Shown in pieces: positions 26,915 through 38,553 of a DNA stretch of 64,000 bases. Source of the DNA: Podarcis cretensis. Lineage: Eukaryota. The stretch is from NCBI GenBank assembly GCA_951804945.1, contig OX638152.1:59892001-59956000 (forward strand). Reading direction: 5' to 3'. A program made the position numbers and the translations under genes. How positions within the stretch are numbered: the stretch's first letter is position 1; each line of letters opens with the position of its first letter. The notes under the pieces were generated by a model. It saw nothing but the letters and a program-made list of their open reading frames with translations. It did not search any database and was not told where the DNA came from.

Positions 26915-27668
26915 GCCTTATAAAGCCGTATATTATTTTAATAAATGTTAGTTGTTATATGCACTTAGAATTTTGCTTCTCAATTGCTGTGCTGGCTTCT
27001 TTTACCCAGCACATTGGTTTTGCCATAACTTGTGTGTTTTTAATTCCCACCACCTAATTAGGACAAGACTTTCATTTTGGAATAGGGGAACCTTCTTACC
27101 TTTTTATACCTTTGTTTACACTGCTCTTTAACCATGCTGGCATCTTCCATAATGTGAACTTTAACCTGTAGATCAGGATTCAGTTATCAGGGTGTGCACT
27201 GTGGCAACAGAGCTTAATGCATGTACTTCTAGGTACACTGAGTTCAAAGCAATCAATCAATGAATCAAGTGATTCTGGATTTACTGTGGCTTGGGCAACA
27301 TGGTAATGGCTGCAATACGATGAATACTATACTTACTTTGGAGTAAGTGCCAGTGAACTCATTGAGGCTCACTTATGAATACACATGCAGTTTCAGGTTA
27401 CCCATTTGCACATTATAATTGGCATAGGCAAATTCTTATCAGGAGGATGACTGGCTTCCTTGAAGGAAACCCCAAACCCAAAATAAGATGTGTGGTTGCA
27501 ATCCATGAGCTATGTTTGCTCAGTAGTTCTATGCCACCTCTGCAAGGCCTTTCCTGACATAGTGATAGATTGGAGAGTGTGCATAATTTTGAGTGCCTAC
27601 AGCGTTTTCAAAAGGAGCAAGTTGCTGGGGGAGGCCAAAAGAAAGCAATTAAGCGAATTCCGGGTTTG

Positions 27669-27815
27669 CAGTGGCGTAGCGTGGGTTGTCAGCACCCGGG
27701 GCAAGGCAAGTAATTTGCGCCCCCTAACCCGTGGATTTGCACCCCCTAACCCTAACCCCCAGATGTTGCGCCCGGTGCGGCCGGCCCCCCCTGCACCCCC
27801 CACTCTACGCCACTG
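27669..27815. mobile_element. hAT-type MITE (147 bp) with perfect 8-bp TSD
   Basis: TSD CGGGTTTG at 27661-27668 and 27816-27823; TIR CAGTGGCGTAG / CTACGCCACTG (16/17 when extended). Confidence 0.9.
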
Positions 27816-30800
27816 CGGGTTTGCTAAATAAGTGCAACATTAAAGAGAAAGGGAGCACTTGGGGAAAAATATATATGGGGGTGGTGAAAAAGGCGTATTT
27901 GGCAATAATCCTATTCACTTTCTGAAGAGTAAGTATTTTGCTTACTTTCTAGTAGACATGCATAAGGACTCTACTCTGGTTTAACAAAAAAATAAGCAAA
28001 GGGTTTGTGGTGCTTTCAGGCTGATATGTTTGTTGTGGTGTCCGCTGTCTAGGGTAGGCCAGGGGAGAGTTTTTTTGTCCCCTGTGCTCTGAACAAGCTG
28101 AGATGTTACTTGAACCATGGGTTGTTAGTTTCAGGAACCCTTTACAAGCAGAAGCCAAGCAGAGTTGTAAAAAAGAGAGAGAGGAGTGGCTGAAACGCCC
28201 CCTCCCCCCAGTTAAGGAACCTCAGAGCAGGAAGTGACTGGTGCGCCTTCCTCCCCACTGAGTCTTGGTTCCTGTCATCTCCCTTTCCTCCTGGCTGCTT
28301 CTTGGCGGGCGGGTTGTGTAAACCACACTCGCAGTTGGTCTTGCACAAGAAGCTGCAGTTCCCCATCAAGAATCCTTCCTGATCATTGATTGGAGAGGAG
28401 GAGGAGATGGGGTGGCCCGGGTGGACAGTGGCCTTCCTGAGAGCATTGTTTCTCGCCACAAGCTTGCTGTTTGGGCGCGTTCCACCTGACCCATGCCTGG
28501 GCTCCCATTCTAGACAGAGCTTAAACTATTACGCCGATCAGGTTGCATTGTTTTAGTGGAACAAACCGGATCCGTGAAACCAAGTGGTTCGGCTAATCTG
28601 GTCTCGGGTCGAAACGAAGCTAAATAAGTAAATAAGTTTCCAGTGGCTTCGTATACCTGACCAAAGAGCCCGATCCTACAAACAGTTGAGCGCGCCTAAA
28701 TACTGCAGGGGGTCCTCGGGCTGTGATGCAGCCCTCCTAATAATGGCCAGGAAGCCGGTACCGTCGGCTGAGCATCCTTGCTTACTGCTGAGTAACGATG
28801 ATCTGGGTGCGGAAGCAAACATCCAAAGGTCCTCTCTCAGGCACATTTTCTTGGAGGTAAGCCCCACTAAGTTCAGTGGGACCTCTTCCCAAGGAAGTCT
28901 ACCCAAGAGGGCTGCAGCCTTACGCGCCGGAGATTCCTTGTACGTGTAATCAAGAGCATAAAGAATACGGGTGGGAGGAGGAGACGGCTTGCGAGCTTGG
29001 AACAAGGGCTTCGCCCCGGTGGATGCGACGCGAGGCTGCCCTGCGTGGATGTTTCGAGGCTGTTTTGCTTTTGGCAAGAACGGAGAGTCCCCGACCTGAT
29101 TTCCCCGCCCTCCCGCCTCATCTCCTTTTCAATCAGGAATATTGGATCTCGTCTCTATATACAAATTGCTGGTATGAAAGGGAAGGCGGATGGGGGCGTG
29201 GGGGGAGCCCAGCCTGTGTAGATGGAGGCAGGCATAAACTTGTGAGATCAGGTTTCCTGCTGAGTTCCCGAAGGAGAAGTCAGCATTTGATTGAAGCTAC
29301 ACTTGGTTCTTGGTTCCCAGGGGGACAACAGCCCTGAAATACGAGAGCGCTCTCGCTCCCTCCTCTCCCTCCCCCGCCCCCTCCCGTCTTCCTCTCTAAA
29401 AGCCTTTGTGCTGAAAGAGCCTCGGTAGGCACGAAGCGCTGCTCTCTCGCAAGAATGTGTTGCAGCCTTTGCTGACATTATTTTGTTAGCAATGGTTTTC
29501 TCTTTCTCCCTCCTCTCTCCACCCGCCCCCCCCCCTTTGTACAGCGGCAAGCAAATAAATTGCCAGCTCGGCTGAGGCACCGGTTGTAACTGACCACAGC
29601 AGGGCTACAAAGACGCGGATGCTTGGAATCGCTCGCCCGGGAGAATTTAGCTCGGAAGTTGGGTCCTGCGGAGGCAGCGGCTCGTCTGTCGGAGACACAG
29701 GAGCTGCGCTAGCGAAACCTTTTAACCTTTAGTAGCCAGAGCTGGAGTCTGCGCTTCCCGCTGTCTCGAGCACAGGCAGAGCCCCAGATCCAAAGACCCG
29801 CGCAGGCCGATCCTATGCCTTCTCCCTCGGAAGTAAGTTCCCTCGAGCTTACTGGTTTGCCTTGGTTGAGGTGAGATGTCGCCTGGGGTTTCGGCTTGCA
29901 GTGAGGCAAGTTCCCTGCTTTTCTGTGGCGGCGAAGGCACAAACAATCCTTTGCCGCGGCGGCAGCCCAATCCAATACGTGGTTACTCGGAAGCAAGTTA
30001 AATGGGACTTATTTCCAGAGAAGTCTTGCGGTCTACGTTTGCGACCCCACGCGCAGTTAACGTGGGGGAAAGGCCCATTTAAGGACTCTTGTGCGTTTTG
30101 CTTCCGGCGGGTAATCTTGCTTCGGGTTAGGCTGTTGCAGTTTCTAAGGTGAAGCAAGACGCTTAGGCTGCCATCTCCGACACACTTTAGGAGTAAGCCC
30201 CAATGGTTTAATAAAATTTAGGAGTTGGCAAGTAAGGAAATACACCGCCAATTTCCTCCCTTCCCAACCGCTTTAGTTTCCCTGCGCCTCTTTCGTGTCC
30301 CAGTTTTTCAACTGTATTTTCGAGAGATTTTTTAAAAATTATTTTTATAAAAACAGTAGTAATAAAAAAGGGGGAAATGGAAAACAAAAAGAAACGGTCT
30401 TCAGAGGTTGCTTATGACACAGGCCTGTTTGTCAGTTGCCAGGGGTCTACGGAGGTACAACCACGAGATTTACTCCCTTTGCAGAGTTAACTACATTTGC
30501 ACACTGGAGCCAGCCAGCCTTCTTGACTTGAGCAGGGCCGGCTGCCATGTAAATGTGTTTAGGGTCAAGAGTTAATTTTCGCGGCTGTTGGTGCCTCCCA
30601 AAGCTGCACTCTTGGAGACCGCAGCTGAGACTCGGCCTGCACAGCTCCAGCCACCTGGTCTCCCCGTCATAATCGAGATGAATTGCGCTGAACCTAAAGG
30701 CCAGCTACTCGAGAGGAGGAAAGCCGCAGGCTGGACCGGGGTCTCTTTCCCAAGGCAAATGCTGTGTGTTTGTTCCGCGGTGAGGGTCGCCTGGGCTTTG

Positions 30801-31071
30801 AACAAGTAGTTGGTGGCAAATTGCCCGCTGGCCCAGAAAGACCAAAGCAGCTTCCTTCTCAGCTATTTGCCCAAAAGATCAGGACACCTAAGCAGCTGTT
30901 CCTCCGGCTCCTGAGGACTTTGGCATACAAGAGCTGTATTTTACGCAGCAGGGTTTTTTATTTTTAAGGATAGGCAAATAGTTCAATTGCTCAATGAGTA
31001 CATATAGGGTGCCTAGGAGGACACGTGTGTATGAGGGGGGGGGGCACTCGCCGGCATCACCGTCGGGCAGG

Positions 31072-31136
31072 GACTACAGCTCCCATAATCCCTAGCCGCT
31101 GGATGCAATGACTAGGGGTTGATGGGAATTGTAGTC
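31072..31136. mobile_element. Palindromic MITE core (GACTACA.CTCCCAT family; related copies ~5560-5680 and ~5805-5925)
   Basis: GACTACAGCTCCCAT...ATGGGAATTGTAGTC inverted repeat (13/15); a recurrent lizard repeat. Confidence 0.6.
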
Positions 31137-31560
31137 TAAGAAAATATGGCAGGCCTCACTGGGGCTGCTCCTGTCATGCGGCATAAGACCTTCCATTTCC
31201 GTTATTTTGCTCGGGGCTTGGCCAAAACCATAACGGAGTATCAGCAGCAGCAGCAGCAGCAAGGCTGTCCGGGAGCAGTATCCAGTGGGTCTGGGTCGCT
31301 CTGGCAGGGGGAATATTATATGCACTTGCCTTGAGAGTAAACCTTAACTGAACACAGGGATTTAGGACCAAGTTAACATGGCTATTGTCCAGCGGTTAGT
31401 GGGTGTGGGACGTGGGAATAAGAGCTGAGCGAGCCCCGCTTTCATTTGAACTGGGACAAGCCAGAAGGTGGTACCTAGGCAAGGTCATGGGTAGCCATGA
31501 GCTGCTCCTACACTAATGTGGATGCCCTACTTCCTACCTTCATATGGGAGAGCTACATAT

Positions 31561-31628
31561 TCCTTCATTGGGGGGTTGGACTAGATGACCCTCAGGGTCC
31601 CTTCCAACTCTACACTTCTATGGTTCTA
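31561..31628 (+). mobile_element. CR1-type 3' tail fragment (others at ~3444-3490 and ~33412-33480)
   Basis: GGGTTGGACTAGATGACCCTCAGGGTCCCTTCCAACTCTAC..TTCTATG. Confidence 0.7.
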
Positions 31629-34066
31629 CCCCTTGCTTCGCCCCCACAATCACCGACCCAGTAACCCCTATCTCTTCTACTGGGTGGAAGTTTCCCAGCA
31701 TCAGAATAACCCACTGGGCGCCCTTTCTGGCAGCTCGTTCTTTCTCCAGACAGCCACGACTCGAGTATTTGGGCCTCAGCTGGTGCGGGGAACAGAAAAC
31801 CGGCCTGCAAGTGCTCGCTTCAGGTAGCGGGCGCCGGGTGCGGCAGGCGCTGGAAAAAAGAGGATTTCAAACCACCCCCCTCCCTCCGCGTCCCTCTCGC
31901 TTGAGTGACACGGCGTCTCTTCGTGTCACTCAATGCAAATAATCGGGTCCACGTCACTGTCCGGGGCCTGTCGCGTCTGGGGAGCTGATGAGAAGCGATG
32001 GGGGCGGGGGGGGGCGGTGGCGACGGGGTGCGTCTCTTAAGGACCACGAGGGAAAGAAACTGTTAAAAGCAGCACGGCAAGAAAGCAACAGTCTCTGCTC
32101 TCTGCTCGGCGCCCCCCCCCCCCCACCGACGCCCGCGCTTGCAAATGCAGCCAGCTGAGGAATTTCTCCTGCGGAACGAGAGGCATTAAAGCTTCTAAGA
32201 GCCACAATGAGCGAGACCCGGGCAAAGGCACGGGCGGGCGGGGGGCGCGCTAAGCTACTGCAGCTGGACTGGAGGCGAGCAGAAGAGGACTCCAGCTCTG
32301 ACCTGGCCCTTCGGGGAGAGGGCGACTTGGGGAGGAAATGAGAGAGAGACGCGTCAAAAAAGAGCAAAAAGAGGACGGGGGAGGCGGAGGAAAGCTTACT
32401 TTTTAAAAGACCCCATTTATTGCCCAAGGAGAGTTCGCGAGAGTGAGGGACCGGCTGATACAAATAGTTCCCTGGCCTGGGGGGGGGGAGGCGGGGGGTA
32501 GGGAGGGGAGAGGGGGGCTCCTTGTTTCGAGTAAACCAGCTGCAGGAGTGATGCTAGAGCAAGGAAGGGCAGACACAATGCTGCTGTTGTTGGTTTGATC
32601 TCTAACTGTGGATTGTTAGTCTGGATTTAACTATGTGGTGTGGGGAGGGAGGGAGAAAGGCGGAGGGGGGGCCCCGAAGGCTGTTTACAGCTAGTGCAAA
32701 TAATGTGACAGCTGTTGGAGCGCGAGCAGCCAGCGCCTCTTCGGCTTTTACACAAAGCTCTCTCTATGGCGAGGGAGAGAGAACTAAAGGGGGCGGTGCG
32801 GCGACAGGGGACAACGGTTTCGCCCCGGGCCCTAGTAAAGAAAGTAGCGAGCATGCCCGAGGGAAAAACAAAACAAATATTAAACACAAGAAATCCACCC
32901 CAGCATCATCTTCCTCATCGATTTCCTGGGATGGGGTTTTGAGGCCCGCCCTCCCCCTTTCTCCCCTCCCCCTTTGAATAGCTTGCGGCGCAGTCCCCAA
33001 CCAAGCCTGTTTGGAAATTCAAGTCTTGCGGGGTGCAATGGCCCTTACTCCTTTGTAAGTGTGTCTGGTGGTTTTACAGGAACCACAAAGCTGAGCTGAA
33101 AGAACAACACCTCCCAGTGCTACTGGGAGGAATGAGATTTTTTTGGGCCAGATAGGGGAGGGGGCCGACGACCCTCACCTGCAACATTTATTTAGCACGC
33201 GTGTCCCCAACTGCATACTATTCCTCTGAAAGTAGGGAAAGGATGTACGCACCCCGGCGAGGATGTTAGAGTTCCTTGTAAGCAGCTTAGCTGAGGGTTG
33301 ATTCACACATGCACACACATCTGCCTATCTCATTCCTCAGCTGAGATGTGTGAACCCGCGCCTTGGAAAAGCATCCATCGTGGAACCCCAAGGAAGTGCT
33401 GTGTGTCCTCTTCCGACATTGCAGGGGTTGGACTACATGACCCTTGGGGTACCTTCCAATTCTAAAATTCTATGATTCTAATTGTGATGGCTGTCAACAC
33501 TTGATACTGAGGTCATGTACTGGAGTTGAGAACATGCACCTGTGAATTCACTCTTTTGAAAGGTTTATTCACCTAAAAACAAACAACTGGCCTGCTCTTA
33601 GGCCAGACTAGATATTTGGTTCCCAAATCCCACCTGGACCATGGACCTCTTGCTGATGGTTTTTACAGACCATTTAATGATATTCTACCTTTTGTAGCCG
33701 TTGCATTGTGCCGTGCTAGAAGCTGTATGATGTTTAATTGCCTTTTAATTGCTTCTTTTATTTCTTATACTGTATTTTATTATATTACAACTCACATTCA
33801 ATAGAACTCAGATTGTAATACAATAAATTACAACATAAGAAATAAAAGAAGCAATAAAAAATATCAGTAAAAATCATTATGAATATTTGATGTGGGCATG
33901 CTGCAGCTCACCTGAATGAAACCTGCAGACCACACTCTGGGAACCCCTGGGCTAGATAATCCTGCATGGAGTACACAGTGTCCTGGAACACCAACCTGAA
34001 GCCAGGGAGGAACACTCTTTAGGAAGTAAGGATTGCAGTCTCTTCCTGGTGTGGATGGCAGAAGCA

Positions 34067-34226
34067 CATAGGAAGCTACCTTATACTGAATATGGCTATT
34101 GGGGAAATCTAGGTCTGCACTGGCTACAGAGATTTGCAGCTGCTCTCTTTCTGTCAGGGATCTCCAAGTCCTATCTGGACATACCTGGGTATGCAAAGCA
34201 TACATCTCATCACTAAACTATGGCCC
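34067..34226 (-). mobile_element. Degenerate Squam3-like SINE
   Basis: CATAGGAAGCTACCTTATACTGA...CACTAAACTATGGCCC matches the ends of the 1801-1976 copy. Confidence 0.6.
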
Positions 34227-34342
34227 TTCCCCAACCACATCCTTGGGAGTTGCTAGGATCCAAGTACCTGGCAGGGTCCATTGCTGATGCCTGCCCCTTG
34301 CCCCCCTCCCCCGGCCTTGCATTCAAAGCAGTGCCAGGGAGC

Positions 34343-34343
34343 A

Positions 34344-34388
<45 letters not shown>

Positions 34389-34389
34389 T
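34343..34389. repeat. (TAT)n microsatellite
   Basis: Direct inspection. Confidence 0.95.
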
Positions 34390-35569
34390 AATTCCTACCT
34401 AGCATTGTTACAGGCAATTGTGGAAAATTAAGACAGAGGCTAGACACAGGGCTTCTCCTTGGTGCCTTGCCCACCACAGCCAGATAAATCCACATGGGCC
34501 CACTGACAGAAGAGGGGGCCTACCAAAGGACACATTCCACTTGCATCTAAGAAAAAATCTGAAGATGTACAATCTTGCAGGTGTTTTCAGGACCACAGTT
34601 TCAGTTACTTTTGTACACACAATTTTCAGTCTACAAATGGCTTAGTTCAGGATTATTTCCTTGAAGCCCATTGGGCTATTCTCCAGGATAATTGTCCTGA
34701 GGATACAGCTGATCCCTGTTTGTTTCACTACGTTTAAAAATGGCACATAATCTTTCATATTTGTGGGAATGTTAAGGAAGGTAGGAGAGGATATATTGTT
34801 TGAATATTATCCCTCCTCACTCACGCTAGCGAGTAAACAGCAGAGCACATTCCCTTTGCAACTTATTGGAAGCAGGTTGATGATTCGTTATAATCCTTTA
34901 ATTAAGCAATCCAGCCTGGCTTGTCCAGTTTGGATTGTTCCTGGTAAGTTTCCCCCTTTATTTCCCTCTTAAAATAAGAATAACACAACACAGTCTTCTT
35001 TAAAAGTAAGAATAAAGTTTTACTCACATTCAGTTCACAGCAGTAATCTGAAGGCAGGTTTTATCTTGTGGCTACAGTGAAAAGAAGTCTGAGCTACATT
35101 TCAGACTTTCTGCTTTTGGGCTCCATCCTATGTGAAGGTTGAGCTGTGTGCTGGATAAGAGCCAGGACAGCAAGGGTCCAAGAGAGCAAGAGAGAGATGG
35201 TTGCGTGGCTTGCCCTTTTATCTGGTCAGCTAGGGTCACACAGAGGGGGAAGAAACTCCAGAGAAGGTATGACAGGAAGTCCTCCCTGTCTGGAGTCACT
35301 TTCCGCTGTGTGTCCATTCTAGGCAACAAGAAAATGTTGTACTTGACTGCTCTAGTAATAATGCATCCCACAATATTTTCTCTCTCCCCCCCATCTGTTA
35401 TATTTTTTACCCTGTCCTCCTTCCAATAGGAGCCCATGGTGGCACACACATAGTAAAGGAAGTGTCTGCTTTTTGCTTGGCACCCCCCTCCATATATTTT
35501 CTATATAAAATTACTCAAAACGGTTTAGGTTCACAACACAGCAGGCAAGGAATAACAGACTGCCAACCC

Positions 35570-35700
35570 TTGTCACCCAGCCCCGAAGGGTATATTTTTA
35601 ACTGTCAGCAAAATGATGCCAACATGGGAGACATATGCAACTTTACAGGGAGGGAGTGTTCCATAATCTGGGAGCCACCACAGAGAAGGCTCCTGTCCTT
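35570..35700 (-). mobile_element. Degenerate L2 3' fragment
   Basis: GGGAGGGAGTGTTCCATAATCTGGGAGCCACCACAGAGAAGGC resembles the L2 segment at 26119-26180. Confidence 0.5.
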
Positions 35701-37840
35701 CAAGGATACTGGAAAGTTGTTCAAGACAGTCTAAATAGTTCAGTAATAAGAAACTGCTTTTGTTAAACTTGTATGATTTATTACAAGTACTTGCCAAAGC
35801 ACCTTCACTAACACCTGCCAACTTGTGCCTTAAGATCTCTGGGGGAGGCTCTGCTTGTCCTCCTGCCAGTGAGCATGGCATGTCTGGCACTTAGGCAGGA
35901 TTCATGCTGTTGTGGAAATAGTTGTGCTCCACCTTCTAATGCACAAATTGTGACTATTGCAGTCTAGGTGTCTCAAACTGAATTCAGAGGGGGACATACT
36001 AGCAGGACTGGATGATCACTGATTTCTTGATATTTTTGCTGCAATACTCAAGCCATAGATTTTAGAGTAAGTTCATTTATACATGCATGATAGATAACCA
36101 TATTGGTTCATTAGGAAGAAATCCAGGTGTTAACATTCTGTGGATCTTAAGTTATATAGTGACTACCTTGGACCCTCTATAATGGAAAGGCAGGATAGAA
36201 ATGTTCTTAAAAATTCTAGAGGAAATGGTTTGAAGGCAGAACTGTAGGTAGTGACTTGTGTACTAATACCCCAATGCTTTCACATGTTTCCAGAGCATAG
36301 TCTGAGGACTGCCAATGCTCAGGAATTGTAGTAGCCAAACTCTCTGATCCAAAAGCCTCACTTTTCATTCCAGGTGCACTCTGTGTATGCTAACTGTAGT
36401 CCCTAGCCAGCTTGCAGGTGCAAAGAAAAACGACTCTCACCAGATTCTGGCTCCAGATGTCAATGCAACTAGGTTTCTGCCCTGGAGAGTCCTATCTGAA
36501 TTTAAGCACTGAAGCTGTTTTTGTCCCACCCTGGGTAGGAACCAACCTATTCCAGTATCTCCTTCTGGAATAAGAGTTGGCATGCCGGGACCTTCTCCTT
36601 TAGCAGCATATACCGAGGCACAATTAGCAATGTCAGGCACAATTAGCAGTGTCAATGCAATTTATATATACCGGCACTGAAAGGGAAATTCCTGGTTCAA
36701 ATTAAACCCTTTTCATAATTCGGGACTAAAACCAAGTATAAACTGCACAATTTTAGGCAGATCTTACATTTGATCTTTCCAAATGGGTTTATTAAGGGGA
36801 GAATTAAATTGTGGGAGGCAAGTGGGAAGTACATTTTCACATTCTTTCATTATTAAAGAGTATTTCACCTCGCACAAGACCAGCTCCAGTATGCAGTCAC
36901 ACCCCTTGCTAAATGAGTATGGCTTTGTTTGAAACCAGGACATAAAAAATACCAAGGAAAGCTCATCCAAGATGGGTGAGGTCTAGGACTGTGATCCTAA
37001 GCTTACAAGTGAAATCCACGAATTTACTGTGTTCTAATCACTCTGAAATAATCAAACTGGTATTTAAAAAGTGATAGAGGAGTTCAAGATAGGCATACCT
37101 TTTGCACATAGCAGGAGAAAACTGCTTTTTACTGAAGACTGAGTCAAAACAGCCTGGCTTTCCTAGGAGAAGAAAGATAAGGTTTGGCATGCATGTATGT
37201 GTGAGTGAGAGAAATAGAAGATCAGGGCTACACACAGTCTGTTTTGTGTGTTCTGATTTGCATGGTAATTCAAAACAGAGTTAGATTAGTTTGTAATGTG
37301 AGGAAATTTCCATTGTATTTATTGAGCAAATCTGTTAACTTTCCATTGTTTTTAAATATTGTACGATCAAGTTCCGAAATAAACTGAATCTATTCTGAGA
37401 AAACTAGGCTGCTATTCTCACAATGTCTAAGTGTTAAAACGTGGAGCAAAACTACTTTTGCAGCAAAAGGAATCTATCTCATGATGCTTTGTTTGCAGGT
37501 TTTCTTCCTACTTTTGCATAAACAGTAATGTCAATGACTGATGTACACCAATTTTGTTAGGGGCAAACAACATCCTGTTTTTGTGATCCTGCTCCTGATT
37601 ATCTTGATTGAGAGTCAGGTTTAATAAGAAAATGAGTGCTGAATCAGGCCCATGTCCCATGTGGTGCAGCATCCTTTTCTCAGACTGGTCCACCAGATAT
37701 CTATGGGAAGCATGAAAGCAGGCCATATGTTTAATAGCAGAAACTGATATACTGAGGCATACTGACGTCAAAAATGGTGGTTACACAATGCTTATTTCAA
37801 TGTGGCCAACATTTGCATAACAGCAAACAGAACAAAACCC

Positions 37841-37983
37841 TGAGGGATAGCTCAGTCATATAGCATGAGAATCTTAATCTCAGGGTTGTGGGTTCAAGTC
37901 CCAGGTTGGGCAAAGGATTCCTGCCTTGCAGGGGGTTGGACTAGATGATCCTCGTGGTCCCTTCCAACTCTACAGTTCTATGA
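37841..37983 (+). mobile_element. tRNA-Lys(CTT)-derived SINE with CR1-type 3' tail
   Basis: Head TAGCTCAGTC..AGCATGAGAATCTTAATCTCAGGGTTGTGGGTTCAAGTCCCAGGTTGGGC, then the CR1 tail GGGTTGGACTAGATGA..GGTCCCTTCCAACTCTACAGTTCTATGA. Confidence 0.85.
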
Positions 37984-38303
37984 AATTTAGCAATGTGCAA
38001 TTCTAACCTTGTCTACTCTGCAGTAAATCCTATTGAATTTCTTGGGGCTTACTTACAGGTAAATGTAGCTAGGGACTGTAGCCTGGACTATTGCTTTACT
38101 TGCAGCACATTGACATGGTTCCCAGACTTTGCTTTGGCTCAGTGGGAGTGAAACCTGTTATCCAGAGTGGCTCTTTGATCACACATGCGCAAGAAACACT
38201 GCTTTGCCACAGCCTTCCTGTCCTCCTAGCAGAGTGAGGTAGCTTCACTCCTCCTCATAAACTTTTCAGATTAGGTGGGAATCATTATGCTACAGAAATT
38301 TGA

Positions 38304-38553
38304 TGCTTCCTTGCCAACCTAGCAGTTCAAAAGCATGACAAAGTGCAAGTAGATAAATAGGTACCACTCTGGCGGGAAGGTAAACGGCGTTTCCGTGGGC
38401 TGCTCTGGTTCGCCAGAAGCGGTTTAGTCATGCTGGCCACATGATCCGGAAGCTGTATGCCGGCTCCCTCAGCCAATAAAGCGAGATGACTGCCACAACC
38501 CCAGAGTCGTCTGCGATTGGACCTAACGGTCAAGGGTCCCTTTACCTTTACCT
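38304..38553 (+). mobile_element. Sauria SINE (Squam1-type, lacertid-like), 5'-truncated
   Basis: GCCAACCTAGCAGTTCAAAAGCA...GTGCAAGTAGATAAATAGGTACC...GTCATGCTGGCCACATGA...CCCCAGAGTCG... ending in an (ACCTTT)n tail. Confidence 0.9.

Larger units (their letters stand above)
28460..33260. promoter_or_regulatory. CpG island in intron 1
   Basis: CpG-rich, flanked by CpG-depleted repeat-rich DNA on both sides. Confidence 0.65.

Noticed and set aside
37841-37912. tRNA-Lys-like sequence as a functional tRNA gene
   Set aside because: Degenerate D-arm and acceptor stem, direct fusion to a CR1 tail, and a second copy at 5204-5333 identify it as a SINE.
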